The position numbers and the translations under genes were made by a program. Shown piece by piece: positions 48,725 to 57,937 of a stretch of 64,000 nt of DNA. Location: the NCBI GenBank assembly GCA_963774955.1, contig CAVZGV010000005.1, positions 30,495-94,494 of the forward strand. The letters are read 5' to 3'. Within the stretch, counting starts at the first letter, position 1; the number at the start of each line of letters is the position of its first letter. The notes below the pieces were generated by a model. It was not told the origin of the DNA, made no database searches, and worked only from the letters and a program-made list of their open reading frames with translations. This DNA is from Candidatus Falkowbacteria bacterium. GTDB taxonomy: Bacteria > Patescibacteriota > Patescibacteriia > CAIXNZ01.

Positions 48725-49750
48725 TCAGCTGAGTTCGATACAGCACTCGGACAGAAAATCTGTGACTTTCGTGTCCAAATGCGGGAACGTGTTTTGGCCG
48801 ACGCTGATCGGCACACAAACCCTCATTCTGCTCTGCATCAGATCACCGAGCAAGATTTTCTTGTCCGGATTCAGAGCTTCGATCCTCTGAAAAAGGGTCA
48901 GCATCTGCTGCAGGCAAAAGAGCGACAGCTCATTATGTTTGGCCTTGGGAATGCTGGCCCAGACATCCATTTCCTTACAAAACGGCAGAATGTAGGGCAC
49001 ACTGTAGGCAGTACCGTCAAAGCAGTAAAAAGGATAATTTACGCCTTTGACCGATACCCCGAAAACCCTGCCGCTGTTAGGAATAAACGGATAGAAATCA
49101 TGATCCGGCATCCAGTCCAAGAGATTGGTCAGACCGTTTTTGACGATGATGTCACCGTCATAAACAGACCTGAGAACCTCCATGGCTTTGGGAAATACAA
49201 AGCCGATGACAATGGCCGCGATCTTGATCTGGGCATCCTGGAATTTTTCAATGACATAAGCCATTGTCTGTCCGGAAAAAGAACCGTCCTCAACCAAAAT
49301 GACTGACTGATCCGCCAGAATGGACTTGATACCCATGATCTGATCGGCCAAAGGCAGATAGCCAGGACGAGGTCCCAAGCCCAGAATCTGGCCGTTTTCA
49401 TCGATCAGACGATTGATCTGCAGGGCATAACCGCCACCGGTCAGAACAATCTCGGGACAAGTGGAAATGACCATAGCATCCCGCAACAGTTTGCGACGTT
49501 CGTAGGCGATGGAAAGAATTGAGCTGGCCAGATCCTCCATGTCAATCAGTTCAATCTTCGCCTCGGGCAAAATCTCATCCAGCTTGCCTTTAAGAGCGAA
49601 AATTGTCTGTTCGTAAATAGGATCACTGGCTCCGGGGATTTTAAATCCCAAATTACGAAACTGTTTGACCTTTGCCTGAAGATCAGTCGTTAAGATGAAC
49701 GTCTTATGATGATGCTCATCCACCTCATTCTTCTTGTCTGTTTCTACCAT
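48725..49750 (-). CDS. type I phosphoribosyltransferase-fold protein (paralogue B)
   Basis: 'ILVEDGSFSGQT' PRPP-binding motif; AAGGAG SD. Confidence 0.75.
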   Translation of the reverse strand: MVETDKKNEVDEHHHKTFILTTDLQAKVKQFRNLGFKIPGASDPIYEQTIFALKGKLDEILPEAKIELIDMEDLASSILSIAYERRKLLRDAMVISTCPEIVLTGGGYALQINRLIDENGQILGLGPRPGYLPLADQIMGIKSILADQSVILVEDGSFSGQTMAYVIEKFQDAQIKIAAIVIGFVFPKAMEVLRSVYDGDIIVKNGLTNLLDWMPDHDFYPFIPNSGRVFGVSVKGVNYPFYCFDGTAYSVPYILPFCKEMDVWASIPKAKHNELSLFCLQQMLTLFQRIEALNPDKKILLGDLMQSRMRVCVPISVGQNTFPHLDTKVTDFLSECCIELS

Positions 49751-49893
49751 CGAATTTCTCCTTTATCTGTAAAAATTTGTTAACCTGAAACCGATTCTGA
49801 CTCCGGATGTATCTAAACCCTCAATTTTAAGGGACAAGTTTTATAATTCACCTTAGCACATTGGCAGAAAAAAAGTCAAGATGCCGGAGGAAT

Positions 49894-50994
49894 TTATTTA
49901 GTGGTAAATCCCTCGCCATAAAGCAATGAATGACTGACCGCACAATCAGTCTTTGCGTCAGCCAAAAATTCTATCACCTTTGTATCCAGAGCCGGAAATT
50001 CACCGCCCCAAATACCGATCGGGATAGAAACCGCAACGTTTTTTTTCTGGCTGGCATTAAGGCCAATCAGATCTCCGATGGTTAATTGCCTGCGGTTGAG
50101 TCTAGCCAGTTCCTCAAAAAGAAAAATTGTTTCTTGCAGGCAAAAATCAGACAGCCAGATGCTCTTCTCTTTGGGGATATTGGCCCAATCATAGATCGGC
50201 CCAAAAGGAAGGATGTATGGCACAGTGTAAAACGCCTGGTTGAAAACGAACGGATAATAATTTTTTCTGACTTTCGTACCTACCATGCGTCCGCAATTTG
50301 GTACAAAAGGGAAAAAATCATGATCAGCTACCCAGTCGACCGGAGACTCAATTTCATTAATGACAATTAAATCCCCGTCAAGTTCACGAAGCAGTCTGGC
50401 TTTGGCCTCGGCAAAAATAAAGCCAACAACTACGGCTTTAATCTGCAGACCGTTGGCTTTAAACTCTTTAAGTACCTTACTTAAAGTGCGGCCGGAATAT
50501 GAACCGTCCTCAACAATGATGATCGGGCGATGAGTCTTGCCATAGACTGAACGAATGATCTCAATCTGGTCATCAATGGTCAGATGACCCGGCCGCGGAC
50601 CGATCCCCAACATCTTACCCTGAAAATTAACGATGCGGTTGATTTCCAAAGTACGGCCGATGTTAATATCGGTATTGACGGCAATTTCCGGACAGCTGCT
50701 AATCACGATTGCATCCTTAAGTTCGGTACTCTTGGCATAAGCCCGGTCAATGATATTTGCCGCCAGTTGCTCCATGTTAAGAGCAATGACGCGGACACCG
50801 CCCAAAGCCTGACCGATTTTAGACGCTAATTCAGTTTCGATTTCCTGAAATAACTTGCTATTTGGTCCTGGAACCTTCAACCCCAGATTGGCAAAATAGC
50901 TGATCTTCTGTCCCAGGTCGCAGGTCAAAATATAATTTTTCCCCGCATGACCGCTGATTGCTCCTTCATCACTTGCGATAATTTTCATGTTCAA
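49894..50994 (-). CDS. type I phosphoribosyltransferase-fold protein (paralogue A)
   Basis: 'IIVEDGSYSGRT'; aligns by eye with 48725-49750 along its length; GGAGGT SD before TTG. Confidence 0.75.
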   Translation of the reverse strand: MNMKIIASDEGAISGHAGKNYILTCDLGQKISYFANLGLKVPGPNSKLFQEIETELASKIGQALGGVRVIALNMEQLAANIIDRAYAKSTELKDAIVISSCPEIAVNTDINIGRTLEINRIVNFQGKMLGIGPRPGHLTIDDQIEIIRSVYGKTHRPIIIVEDGSYSGRTLSKVLKEFKANGLQIKAVVVGFIFAEAKARLLRELDGDLIVINEIESPVDWVADHDFFPFVPNCGRMVGTKVRKNYYPFVFNQAFYTVPYILPFGPIYDWANIPKEKSIWLSDFCLQETIFLFEELARLNRRQLTIGDLIGLNASQKKNVAVSIPIGIWGGEFPALDTKVIEFLADAKTDCAVSHSLLYGEGFTTK

Positions 50995-51162
50995 TACCTC
51001 CGTTATTGGTTACAAGTTTTGTCTTTGGTTTTACTGATTTCAAAGGGCAGCCTACTTCTACTATTATTTAATCTCATATAGTAAATTATGACTAAGGAAA
51101 AATAAGGACAAACTATCGACCTAATTTGAAAAGCTCCCCGCTTGGCGGGGAGCTCTTAGCCG

Positions 51163-51390
51163 TTAAACTGTGATCGGTTCGCAGTAAAAAGGCTCTTTTT
51201 TGAGGGCATAACTGTTCAAAGACGCTTGTCCCTGCTCAGAGATTTTGGCCGTGGCCAATAAAATGTCCAGGCATTCATCGGGCTTAAGCAGGGTCAGGGG
51301 CATACCCTGTTCATAGCCTCCCGCCCAGGCGCATCCGATTTCCGTACACTGTCCAGAGGTCCACACCATGATCCGAGTTTTCATCTTCAT
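51163..51390 (-). CDS. small hypothetical protein
   Basis: AAGGAGGT SD, 75 aa, terminator at 51131-51154. Confidence 0.6.
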   Translation of the reverse strand: MKMKTRIMVWTSGQCTEIGCAWAGGYEQGMPLTLLKPDECLDILLATAKISEQGQASLNSYALKKEPFYCEPITV

Positions 51391-51518
51391 CGCGTACCTC
51401 CTTTTTGTTTTCGTCTTGCGTAAAACGGTTACGAAGCTCGTTTCGTAATACGGTTATGTATTACGGCTATAAAAACCACTTAACCTTTAGACGCTAAACG
51501 ATACGGGCATCGTTGCCC

Positions 51519-53243
51519 TTAACCCTTAACCCACTTCAACAGCTTATCCAACTCCCAGGAGTTGATCACATCGGCACGGGTTGCCCAGCCTCTCCTGGCA
51601 GTGGCAATACCGTATTTGACCAAATCCAGATGTTCCAGGGCATGAGCATCGGAATCAATACAAAATTTACAGCCGTAAGTCAAAGCGTCTTTAATTAAAG
51701 TATCTTTCAAATCTAAACGTTCAGGAAAAGAATTAATTTCCAGGGCCACCTTATATTTGGCACAGGCCTTAAATATTTCAGGCCAATCAACATCATAACC
51801 ATGACGGTGCCCGAGTAAACGTCCGGAAGGATGACCAAAGATTTTAATGCCTGACTTGATACCTGATAAAATCCTTTTAGTCATGGCTGCTTCATCCTGA
51901 TTAAAGGCTGAATGCACTGAGCCAATGCCATAATCAAGTTTTTTTAAAGTGGCTGCTGAAATATCCAATTGGCCCTTGGCATTGATATTTATTTCCGCGC
52001 CGGCCAAAATTCGCAAATCTTTAAATTTTTTATTTACTTTCTGAATTTCAATTTTATGTTTCAAAAGTTCCCTGTCATTTAAACCCGAAGCCACGCCCAG
52101 ACCGACAGTATGGTCTGAGATACCCAGGTATTTGTATTTTAGGCTTAAAGCTTTAGCTGCCAATTCGCTAATGGTATTAGAACCATCGCTTGATTTTGTA
52201 TGGCAGTGCAAATCACCCTTAATTTCTCCGTAATTAATCAGCTTAGGCAGTTGGTGCGCTAAAGCCGCCTCGATCTCACCCCGATCTTCTCGCAATTCCG
52301 GCACTATATAATCCATCCCCAAAAATTTATATAAACTTTGCTCGTCTTTGAAATGATTAACCTTGCCGTTTTTGGTAATGCCGTATTCTGATATTTTTAA
52401 TCCTTTAGCCGAAGCCCAGGTGCGTAAGGCTACATTATGTTCTTTAGATCCGGTAAAATGCTGAAGTAAAGAACCGTATGTACTGGCCGGCAAAATTTCC
52501 AAATCAACTCTGACATTTTGCCTGTGAGTAATCGAAATTTTCGTCGCACCTTTGGCTAAAATATTTTTAACAAAGGGCGCCGTGGCAAAATATTCAATAA
52601 TCTTTTTTGAATCCGGTGTAGCCACAACAATATCAATATCACCGATAGTTTCTTTCATCCGACGCAAAGAGCCAACCACATCGCAACGATTAACAGCTTT
52701 ATTTTTCCGCAAAAATCTCAGAATCTCATCGGCAATGGGACCGGCTGTGGTCAAAACCATTCTGTTGCGCTCCTTGGTTCTGGTCTGAAACTGCTGGATG
52801 CCCCGCAGAATATTTAAAGCTGACTGTTTTTTAAAATGAGGTAATTGGGCAATCACGCCTGACTTGGCAGCTTTGGCCAGCTTATCAATGCTGTCAATTT
52901 TTAATTTTTTATACAAAACTTCCGCTGTCTTGGGCCCAATTCCTGGCACCTCGGTTAAAATTAACATTTTTTCCGGGAATTCCTTAGTCAGCTGAGTATA
53001 AGCCTTTAATTTTCCGGTTTTTAAAAGTTCCACTATTTTTTCCGCAATACTAACACCAACTCCGGGCACTTCTTCCAGGGCTTTAATTCCGCCTTCCTTG
53101 TAAATATTGCCCAGCTCCTTGGTCAGATTAGCAATCACATCAGCGGCACGTTCATAAGCAATCACCCGAAACCGGCTGTCATTTTTCAATTCCAAAATCG
53201 TAGAGATATTCTTGAATATTTTGGCGATTTGTTGATTATCCAT
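51519..53243 (-). CDS. polX: DNA polymerase X with PHP domain
   Basis: HhH motifs, GSLRR, GDIDI, FTGSKEHN, DLHCHT, SDAH. Confidence 0.93.
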   Translation of the reverse strand: MDNQQIAKIFKNISTILELKNDSRFRVIAYERAADVIANLTKELGNIYKEGGIKALEEVPGVGVSIAEKIVELLKTGKLKAYTQLTKEFPEKMLILTEVPGIGPKTAEVLYKKLKIDSIDKLAKAAKSGVIAQLPHFKKQSALNILRGIQQFQTRTKERNRMVLTTAGPIADEILRFLRKNKAVNRCDVVGSLRRMKETIGDIDIVVATPDSKKIIEYFATAPFVKNILAKGATKISITHRQNVRVDLEILPASTYGSLLQHFTGSKEHNVALRTWASAKGLKISEYGITKNGKVNHFKDEQSLYKFLGMDYIVPELREDRGEIEAALAHQLPKLINYGEIKGDLHCHTKSSDGSNTISELAAKALSLKYKYLGISDHTVGLGVASGLNDRELLKHKIEIQKVNKKFKDLRILAGAEININAKGQLDISAATLKKLDYGIGSVHSAFNQDEAAMTKRILSGIKSGIKIFGHPSGRLLGHRHGYDVDWPEIFKACAKYKVALEINSFPERLDLKDTLIKDALTYGCKFCIDSDAHALEHLDLVKYGIATARRGWATRADVINSWELDKLLKWVKG

Positions 53244-53315
53244 GTTTATATTTTATCAAAAAAAATAGAATAAAAAAAGCCCCGCACATTTTACTGTACG
53301 AGGCTTATTAGCTGT

Positions 53316-54959
53316 TTAAGCCTGACGCTGACCCTTAAGAATTGTTACTTCATAAAGATCTAAAAGCGCTATGGCAGAAGCCTTGATGATATTGCGGGAA
53401 ACCGCAGCCGTATCCTCAAAGCCAAATGGTGTTTTGCCGGTAATGGAAACCCGCACTCTGGACGCCGTGCCTTTGCCGTTGCCGTTGATAATGCGGACTT
53501 TGAACCCGACCAGCTCCACCGCCTGCAAAACAGGATAGACATTGGCCAGAACGGGTTTCAGCGCATTTTTAATGGCATCAACCGGTCCGTCATCGCCTCT
53601 TTCCCAGGGTTTGACCACGCTGCCGTTCGGAAAATTGACTTCGATCGAAGATTCCGACCGGTGCTTTTTGGGCGCACCGTTTTCCCAGACCAGGGTCGAA
53701 TGTGATTTGATCAGCCTGATCTGAAACGGTCGAACGTAATTTTCCAGCTGACGCAGGGCAATCAGGGCAAAGGTGCCTGGTGCGGATTCCAGATTGAAAC
53801 CCTGCTTATCAAGGCTGCGAATCTGGCCGAGGATTTTGTAAACCGCTGGATCATCACGTTCAATTGGCACTCCCAATTCGTTTAAAGCCGCAACCACCGC
53901 GTTGCGCCCGGCCTCGCCGGAAATCGGCAAACGTCTTTTGGCTCCCACCAGGTTAGGATTGATGTGCTCCTGCAAAGTCGGATCAAGTCTGGCTCCCAGC
54001 TGATGCGAAGCGGCTTTGTGGGTAAAGGCCCAGGACCCGACGTAAGGCTGATTGTTGGACAAGGCCTGGTTGTTTTTTTCAGCCACAAACTCGGCCAAAG
54101 CTTTCAAGCCCTTCGTGGAATCAATGCCCTGACACTTGATGCCTTTTTTGTGAATCAAAGTCGGTAGCAGGCTGGTCAGCTTGGGCATGCCCACTCGTTC
54201 GCTTTCACCGTTGACCGTACACTGCGCAAAAGTGGCGCCCAAATTAATGGCGCTCAGGGTATTGGCCAGGGCAAATTCACCGTCGTCATGCATATGCACA
54301 CCCCAGGCCTGATTATCCAAAAGGTCTGACATCTCGTGGATAACCATTTCCACCTGTTCGGGCAGCATGCCGCCGTTGGTGTCGCAGAGGATAATCACGT
54401 CGGCTCCGCCGGCAATGGCCGCCTCCATGGTTTTGTAGGCATAGTCCGGATCTTCCAGATAACCGTCAAAAAAATGCTCGGCATCATAAAAGACCGTACC
54501 GCCCTGCTTTTTCAGGAATTTAACCGAATCCTCAATCATGCGCAGGTTTTCCTTGAGGCTGGTTTTCAGAACTTCAAAGACATGACGTTTGGAACTTTTA
54601 CCGAAAATGGCAAAATTCTTCAGCCCGGTTTTAACCAAGGCTTTTAAACGTTTGCTGTCTTTGGCCTCGACATCTTTTTCACCGGTCGAGCCGAAAACCA
54701 CCAATCTCTCTCTGCCCTTAAACTCCGATTGAGTGACGAGCTGATAAAACTCCAAAGCCTTTTGCAGGGCTTCCTTTTCCTCGTCTTCTTTGACTTCTTG
54801 TTCCGGAACCGGCCAAGGACACTCAATCCAAGGCACTCCAAACTCCAGTAACTTTTCCGCAATTGCCACCATGTCCTGAGGCGTAAAACTGCTCCCCATT
54901 GATTGTCCGCCTTCGCGCAACGTCGTATCACAGATCAACACGCCTGTCTTCTCGGTCAT
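53316..54959 (-). CDS. cimA: citramalate synthase (DRE-TIM, CimA type)
   Basis: DTTLREGGQ, FYDAEHFFDG, LCDTNGG, HMHDD, regulatory domain GPVDA; start MTEK at 54959 with AAGGAGG SD. Confidence 0.85.
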   Translation of the reverse strand: MTEKTGVLICDTTLREGGQSMGSSFTPQDMVAIAEKLLEFGVPWIECPWPVPEQEVKEDEEKEALQKALEFYQLVTQSEFKGRERLVVFGSTGEKDVEAKDSKRLKALVKTGLKNFAIFGKSSKRHVFEVLKTSLKENLRMIEDSVKFLKKQGGTVFYDAEHFFDGYLEDPDYAYKTMEAAIAGGADVIILCDTNGGMLPEQVEMVIHEMSDLLDNQAWGVHMHDDGEFALANTLSAINLGATFAQCTVNGESERVGMPKLTSLLPTLIHKKGIKCQGIDSTKGLKALAEFVAEKNNQALSNNQPYVGSWAFTHKAASHQLGARLDPTLQEHINPNLVGAKRRLPISGEAGRNAVVAALNELGVPIERDDPAVYKILGQIRSLDKQGFNLESAPGTFALIALRQLENYVRPFQIRLIKSHSTLVWENGAPKKHRSESSIEVNFPNGSVVKPWERGDDGPVDAIKNALKPVLANVYPVLQAVELVGFKVRIINGNGKGTASRVRVSITGKTPFGFEDTAAVSRNIIKASAIALLDLYEVTILKGQRQA

Positions 54960-55054
54960 AAGCCCCTCCTTATTTACCCGGTTGGAAACGGGTTTAACTG
55001 GAAACAAAACCATCCTGACAACACTGATTATATGTAAAGAACATTCCTTTATAT

Positions 55055-55087
55055 AAAAAATTCCAGCCCCCTTATGGAAGGCCGGAA
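55055..55087 (-). terminator. attenuator terminator upstream of cimA
   Basis: TTCCGGCCTTCC-ATAA-GGGGGCTGGAA plus U-tract. Confidence 0.85.
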
Positions 55088-55111
55088 CTTTGTTATCAAT
55101 AATTGAAATTT

Positions 55112-55198
55112 TTAACAATGTAAAAGCCTTCCATTTAATGCTGGAATAATAATGTTAATAATAATGGCGATTGTTCTGTAGTAATTCATATTTTTCAT
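55112..55198 (-). promoter_or_regulatory. Ile leader peptide MKNMNYYRTIAIIINIIIPALNGRLLHC (attenuator)
   Basis: 7 Ile codons in 9; ATGGAAGGC complementary to the terminator arm GCCTTCCAT; TTGACA-17-TAAACT promoter at about 55210-55238. Confidence 0.88.
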
Positions 55199-55283
55199 TT
55201 TATACTGGCAGTTTAGCAAAATATTGTGTTAATGTCAAGTCTAATTGAAAGATGGCATCTGGCCATAAGCTATTAGCTATACG

Positions 55284-55514
55284 CTATAAGCCGAGTTCCT
55301 TATCAATAGCCGCCTTATCAAAGCCGACAATAATTTTACCTTCTATATCCAAAACCGGTACGCCCATTTGTCCGGATTTATCAATCATGATTTGAGCGTT
55401 TTTGGCATCAGTAACATCCAAGTCAGTGTAAGCGATTTTTTGAGAATCAAGATACTCCTTGGCCTGATGACAAAACGGGCAGGTCGGCGTCGAATAAATA
55501 GTAATTTTTTTCAT
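55284..55514 (-). CDS. glutaredoxin-like (NrdH-redoxin) protein
   Basis: CPFC, GQMGVPV, GFD. Confidence 0.9.
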   Translation of the reverse strand: MKKITIYSTPTCPFCHQAKEYLDSQKIAYTDLDVTDAKNAQIMIDKSGQMGVPVLDIEGKIIVGFDKAAIDKELGL

Positions 55515-55537
55515 AAAATATTGCTTAATATTTAAAT

Positions 55538-55867
55538 TTATCGATTATCGCCGTTTCCCTGCAAAACTCCGCGGTCTTTGCGGGAAAATAATTTTTCAAT
55601 ATTTTTCAAAGCCACCTGATCAAGGTCTAAACCAAGTTCAGTAGCAATTTGCGCCACATACCACAAAACATCTCCCAGCTCTTTCTGAATTTCAGTTTTC
55701 GTATCATCATCAATAATACCGCCTTTATCGCGCAGAACTTTTTTTATTTTTTCCGCGACTTCGCCGGCTTCCCCGCTTAAGCCTAAAGTCGGATAAATAA
55801 AATTATTATCGCGATTGGGATAAAGCGCAGTCTCCCGTGATTTAATTTGATATTCTTTAAAATCCAT
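55538..55867 (-). CDS. MazG-like nucleotide pyrophosphohydrolase
   Basis: GEAGEVAEK, KELGDVLWY. Confidence 0.9.
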   Translation of the reverse strand: MDFKEYQIKSRETALYPNRDNNFIYPTLGLSGEAGEVAEKIKKVLRDKGGIIDDDTKTEIQKELGDVLWYVAQIATELGLDLDQVALKNIEKLFSRKDRGVLQGNGDNR

Positions 55868-55882
55868 AAAGTTAAAAATAAT

Positions 55883-56563
55883 TTAATGGCCAAAACGGCG
55901 CTGTCTTTTTTTATAAATATTTACTATATTTTTAAGATCTCTTTCGGAAAAATCCGGCCAATGTTTTTTCAGAAAAACCAATTCGGAATAAACCGACTGC
56001 CAGGTCAAAAAGTTTGACAGGCGCTGTTCTCCGGAAGTTCTGACAATTATATCCGGATCAGGCAAATCATTAAATAGATACTGTCGAAATAATTCCGGAC
56101 TTAGCTTGCCGGCTGAAATTTTCTTTTTGCGTATTTTTTTAAACGCCTCTAAAATTTCCTGACGGCCACCGTAATTAAAACAAATATTCAAAATCAACTT
56201 CTGATTGTTACGGGTTAATTTTTCAGTCTCGGTTATGAGGGCGGCCAAATCCTGGTCTAAATTATTTCTAAAACCGCTGACTAATATTTTCACTCCGTTA
56301 TCGTTGAATTCACGCCTGTGCTTTTTAAAAATCAGTCTGGCCAGCTTCATCAGATAGGAAACTTCGGCCTTGGACCGGTTCCAATTCTCGGTCGAAAAGG
56401 CATAAACTGTAATAATCCTGATTTTGGCCTTAATCGCCCAACCAGTCAAAGCTAAAACCTTTTCATAACCGCGATAATGACCCTGGTAAGTGGGCAGTCC
56501 CCGCTGTCTGGCCCAGCGCCGGTTGCCGTCCATGATAATGGCCAAGTGGTTTAATTCAGTCAT
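55883..56563 (-). CDS. uppS: polyprenyl diphosphate synthase
   Basis: IMDGNRRWA, FSTENW, RTSGEQRLSNF; start at 56563 overlaps upstream stop. Confidence 0.95.
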   Translation of the reverse strand: MTELNHLAIIMDGNRRWARQRGLPTYQGHYRGYEKVLALTGWAIKAKIRIITVYAFSTENWNRSKAEVSYLMKLARLIFKKHRREFNDNGVKILVSGFRNNLDQDLAALITETEKLTRNNQKLILNICFNYGGRQEILEAFKKIRKKKISAGKLSPELFRQYLFNDLPDPDIIVRTSGEQRLSNFLTWQSVYSELVFLKKHWPDFSERDLKNIVNIYKKRQRRFGH

Positions 56564-57069
56564 AAGCCTAAATCGAGACTGGCTAACCAAGTCTTAACCT
56601 GTACTCTGACAGTATCCTTATTTTGATTAACTTTGTTGAAATATTTTTCGCTGACAATATCAGCGTCTTTAATTGCCCGTCTTAAACTATTAAAAACCTG
56701 TTCAGCTCCCATGCTTTCTTGAGTACAGAAAAGAACTACCTTTCTATTGTCCCAATATTTCTGGCTTATAAAAGTTCTGATGGCCGGTGGGATATTGGCG
56801 GCCCAATTAGGGCAGCCGATAAAAATCAAATCATAATTATTAAGCTCAATATAATAGTCCTCCAGCTTGGTCAGTTTACTCATTAAGGAATCAAACCCGC
56901 CCCAAAAATATCCCCAAATTCCCTTGCGGCTCTTTTTATCTTTCAAAGGCGCCAAATCCGCCCGTAAACTATTAGCGATTTCTTCAGCCACAAATCTGGT
57001 ATTTCCAGATCTGGAGTAAAATACCACAATAGCTTTTTTAAATAATTTTGTCTGTCCTTCATCTGTCAT
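56560..57069 (-). CDS. flavodoxin-like protein
   Basis: YSRSGNT, IGCPNWA. Confidence 0.85.
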   Translation of the reverse strand: MTDEGQTKLFKKAIVVFYSRSGNTRFVAEEIANSLRADLAPLKDKKSRKGIWGYFWGGFDSLMSKLTKLEDYYIELNNYDLIFIGCPNWAANIPPAIRTFISQKYWDNRKVVLFCTQESMGAEQVFNSLRRAIKDADIVSEKYFNKVNQNKDTVRVQVKTWLASLDLGL

Positions 57070-57070
57070 A

Positions 57071-57337
57071 TTATTTTTTTAATTTATTTTTTGTTCTTTT
57101 GGGCACAAATAGCAAAAGCTTATCGAAAGTATCTTTGATATTGCTGACTTTAATAGCGATTAGGAAGGCGGAGAATGAACACAGGAAAAAAGCAACTACA
57201 AATAATATCTGCAAAATCTGCGGATAAAATAAAATTGCCGCAGCCAAAATAAAAAATAACACCCCGATAAGTACCAGATGCGTAATAATGCCGTTTAACT
57301 TGGCATTGACTAATTTTAAAATTTCCCCCGTGATCAT
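57071..57337 (-). CDS. small membrane protein
   Basis: 2 TMs; likely start MITG. Confidence 0.6.
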   Translation of the reverse strand: MITGEILKLVNAKLNGIITHLVLIGVLFFILAAAILFYPQILQILFVVAFFLCSFSAFLIAIKVSNIKDTFDKLLLFVPKRTKNKLKK

Positions 57338-57373
57338 AATAAATAAAATTAAAAAATTAAAAGTCAAAAATTA

Positions 57374-57405
57374 TCCGCCGAAAGCGGATCCGCCTCTGGC
57401 GGAAA
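57374..57405. repeat. CCGCC-GCGGATCCGC-GGCGG palindromic repeat
   Basis: copy of 18972-19005. Confidence 0.75.
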
Positions 57406-57417
57406 AGTTTTGTAATA

Positions 57418-57831
57418 TTAGTTAAAGTCCTTCCTGGCCTTTTCATCAAGCATAGCCTCTTCGAACTCCGGAAACAGCGGATTAGCCTGCCTGATTTTTT
57501 CATGTCTCAATCTTTCAGCTTTTGTAAATGTATCTTCATGGGGCTCCTTTGATTTTTCAACGGGTTCCAAATGTTTTCCCACTGGCACTTCAACTGCCTC
57601 TTTTTCCCATCTCTTAAGATCGGCATGCGTTTTTATATATTTCCCGATTTTACTCATCAAGGTTTTAACCTGGGATTCCGGGATACCTTTTCTATTTGCT
57701 AAAATCTTTACAGCATCAATAAAAGTCTTACCCTTTCCTTTCTCAGGATACATCAATTTCAATACTTCCTTGCTGTATTCCCTGATTGGATCTATTTGTT
57801 CAGATTTTGTTTTAAATGATTCCGGTTTCAT
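57418..57831 (-). CDS. hypothetical protein
   Basis: 137-aa charged ORF. Confidence 0.55.
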   Translation of the reverse strand: MKPESFKTKSEQIDPIREYSKEVLKLMYPEKGKGKTFIDAVKILANRKGIPESQVKTLMSKIGKYIKTHADLKRWEKEAVEVPVGKHLEPVEKSKEPHEDTFTKAERLRHEKIRQANPLFPEFEEAMLDEKARKDFN

Positions 57832-57937
57832 ATAGATATAGATAAATAATTTGAGTGCTCAGCTGAAACTTCGTATTCTAAAATTCATTTTTTAAATTTT
57901 GTCAGAATTATATGCGCAAAAAATCCGTTGTTGGCAC

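Noticed and set aside
48680-49306. Long antisense ORFs (e.g. 48680-49306, 45787-46305, 3406-3864, 39573-39812)
   Set aside because: Shadows of well-supported opposite-strand genes, with no motifs or initiation signals.
54960-55118. 53-aa N-terminal extension of cimA given by the ORF track
   Set aside because: Runs through the attenuator terminator; the SD supports the ATG at 54959.
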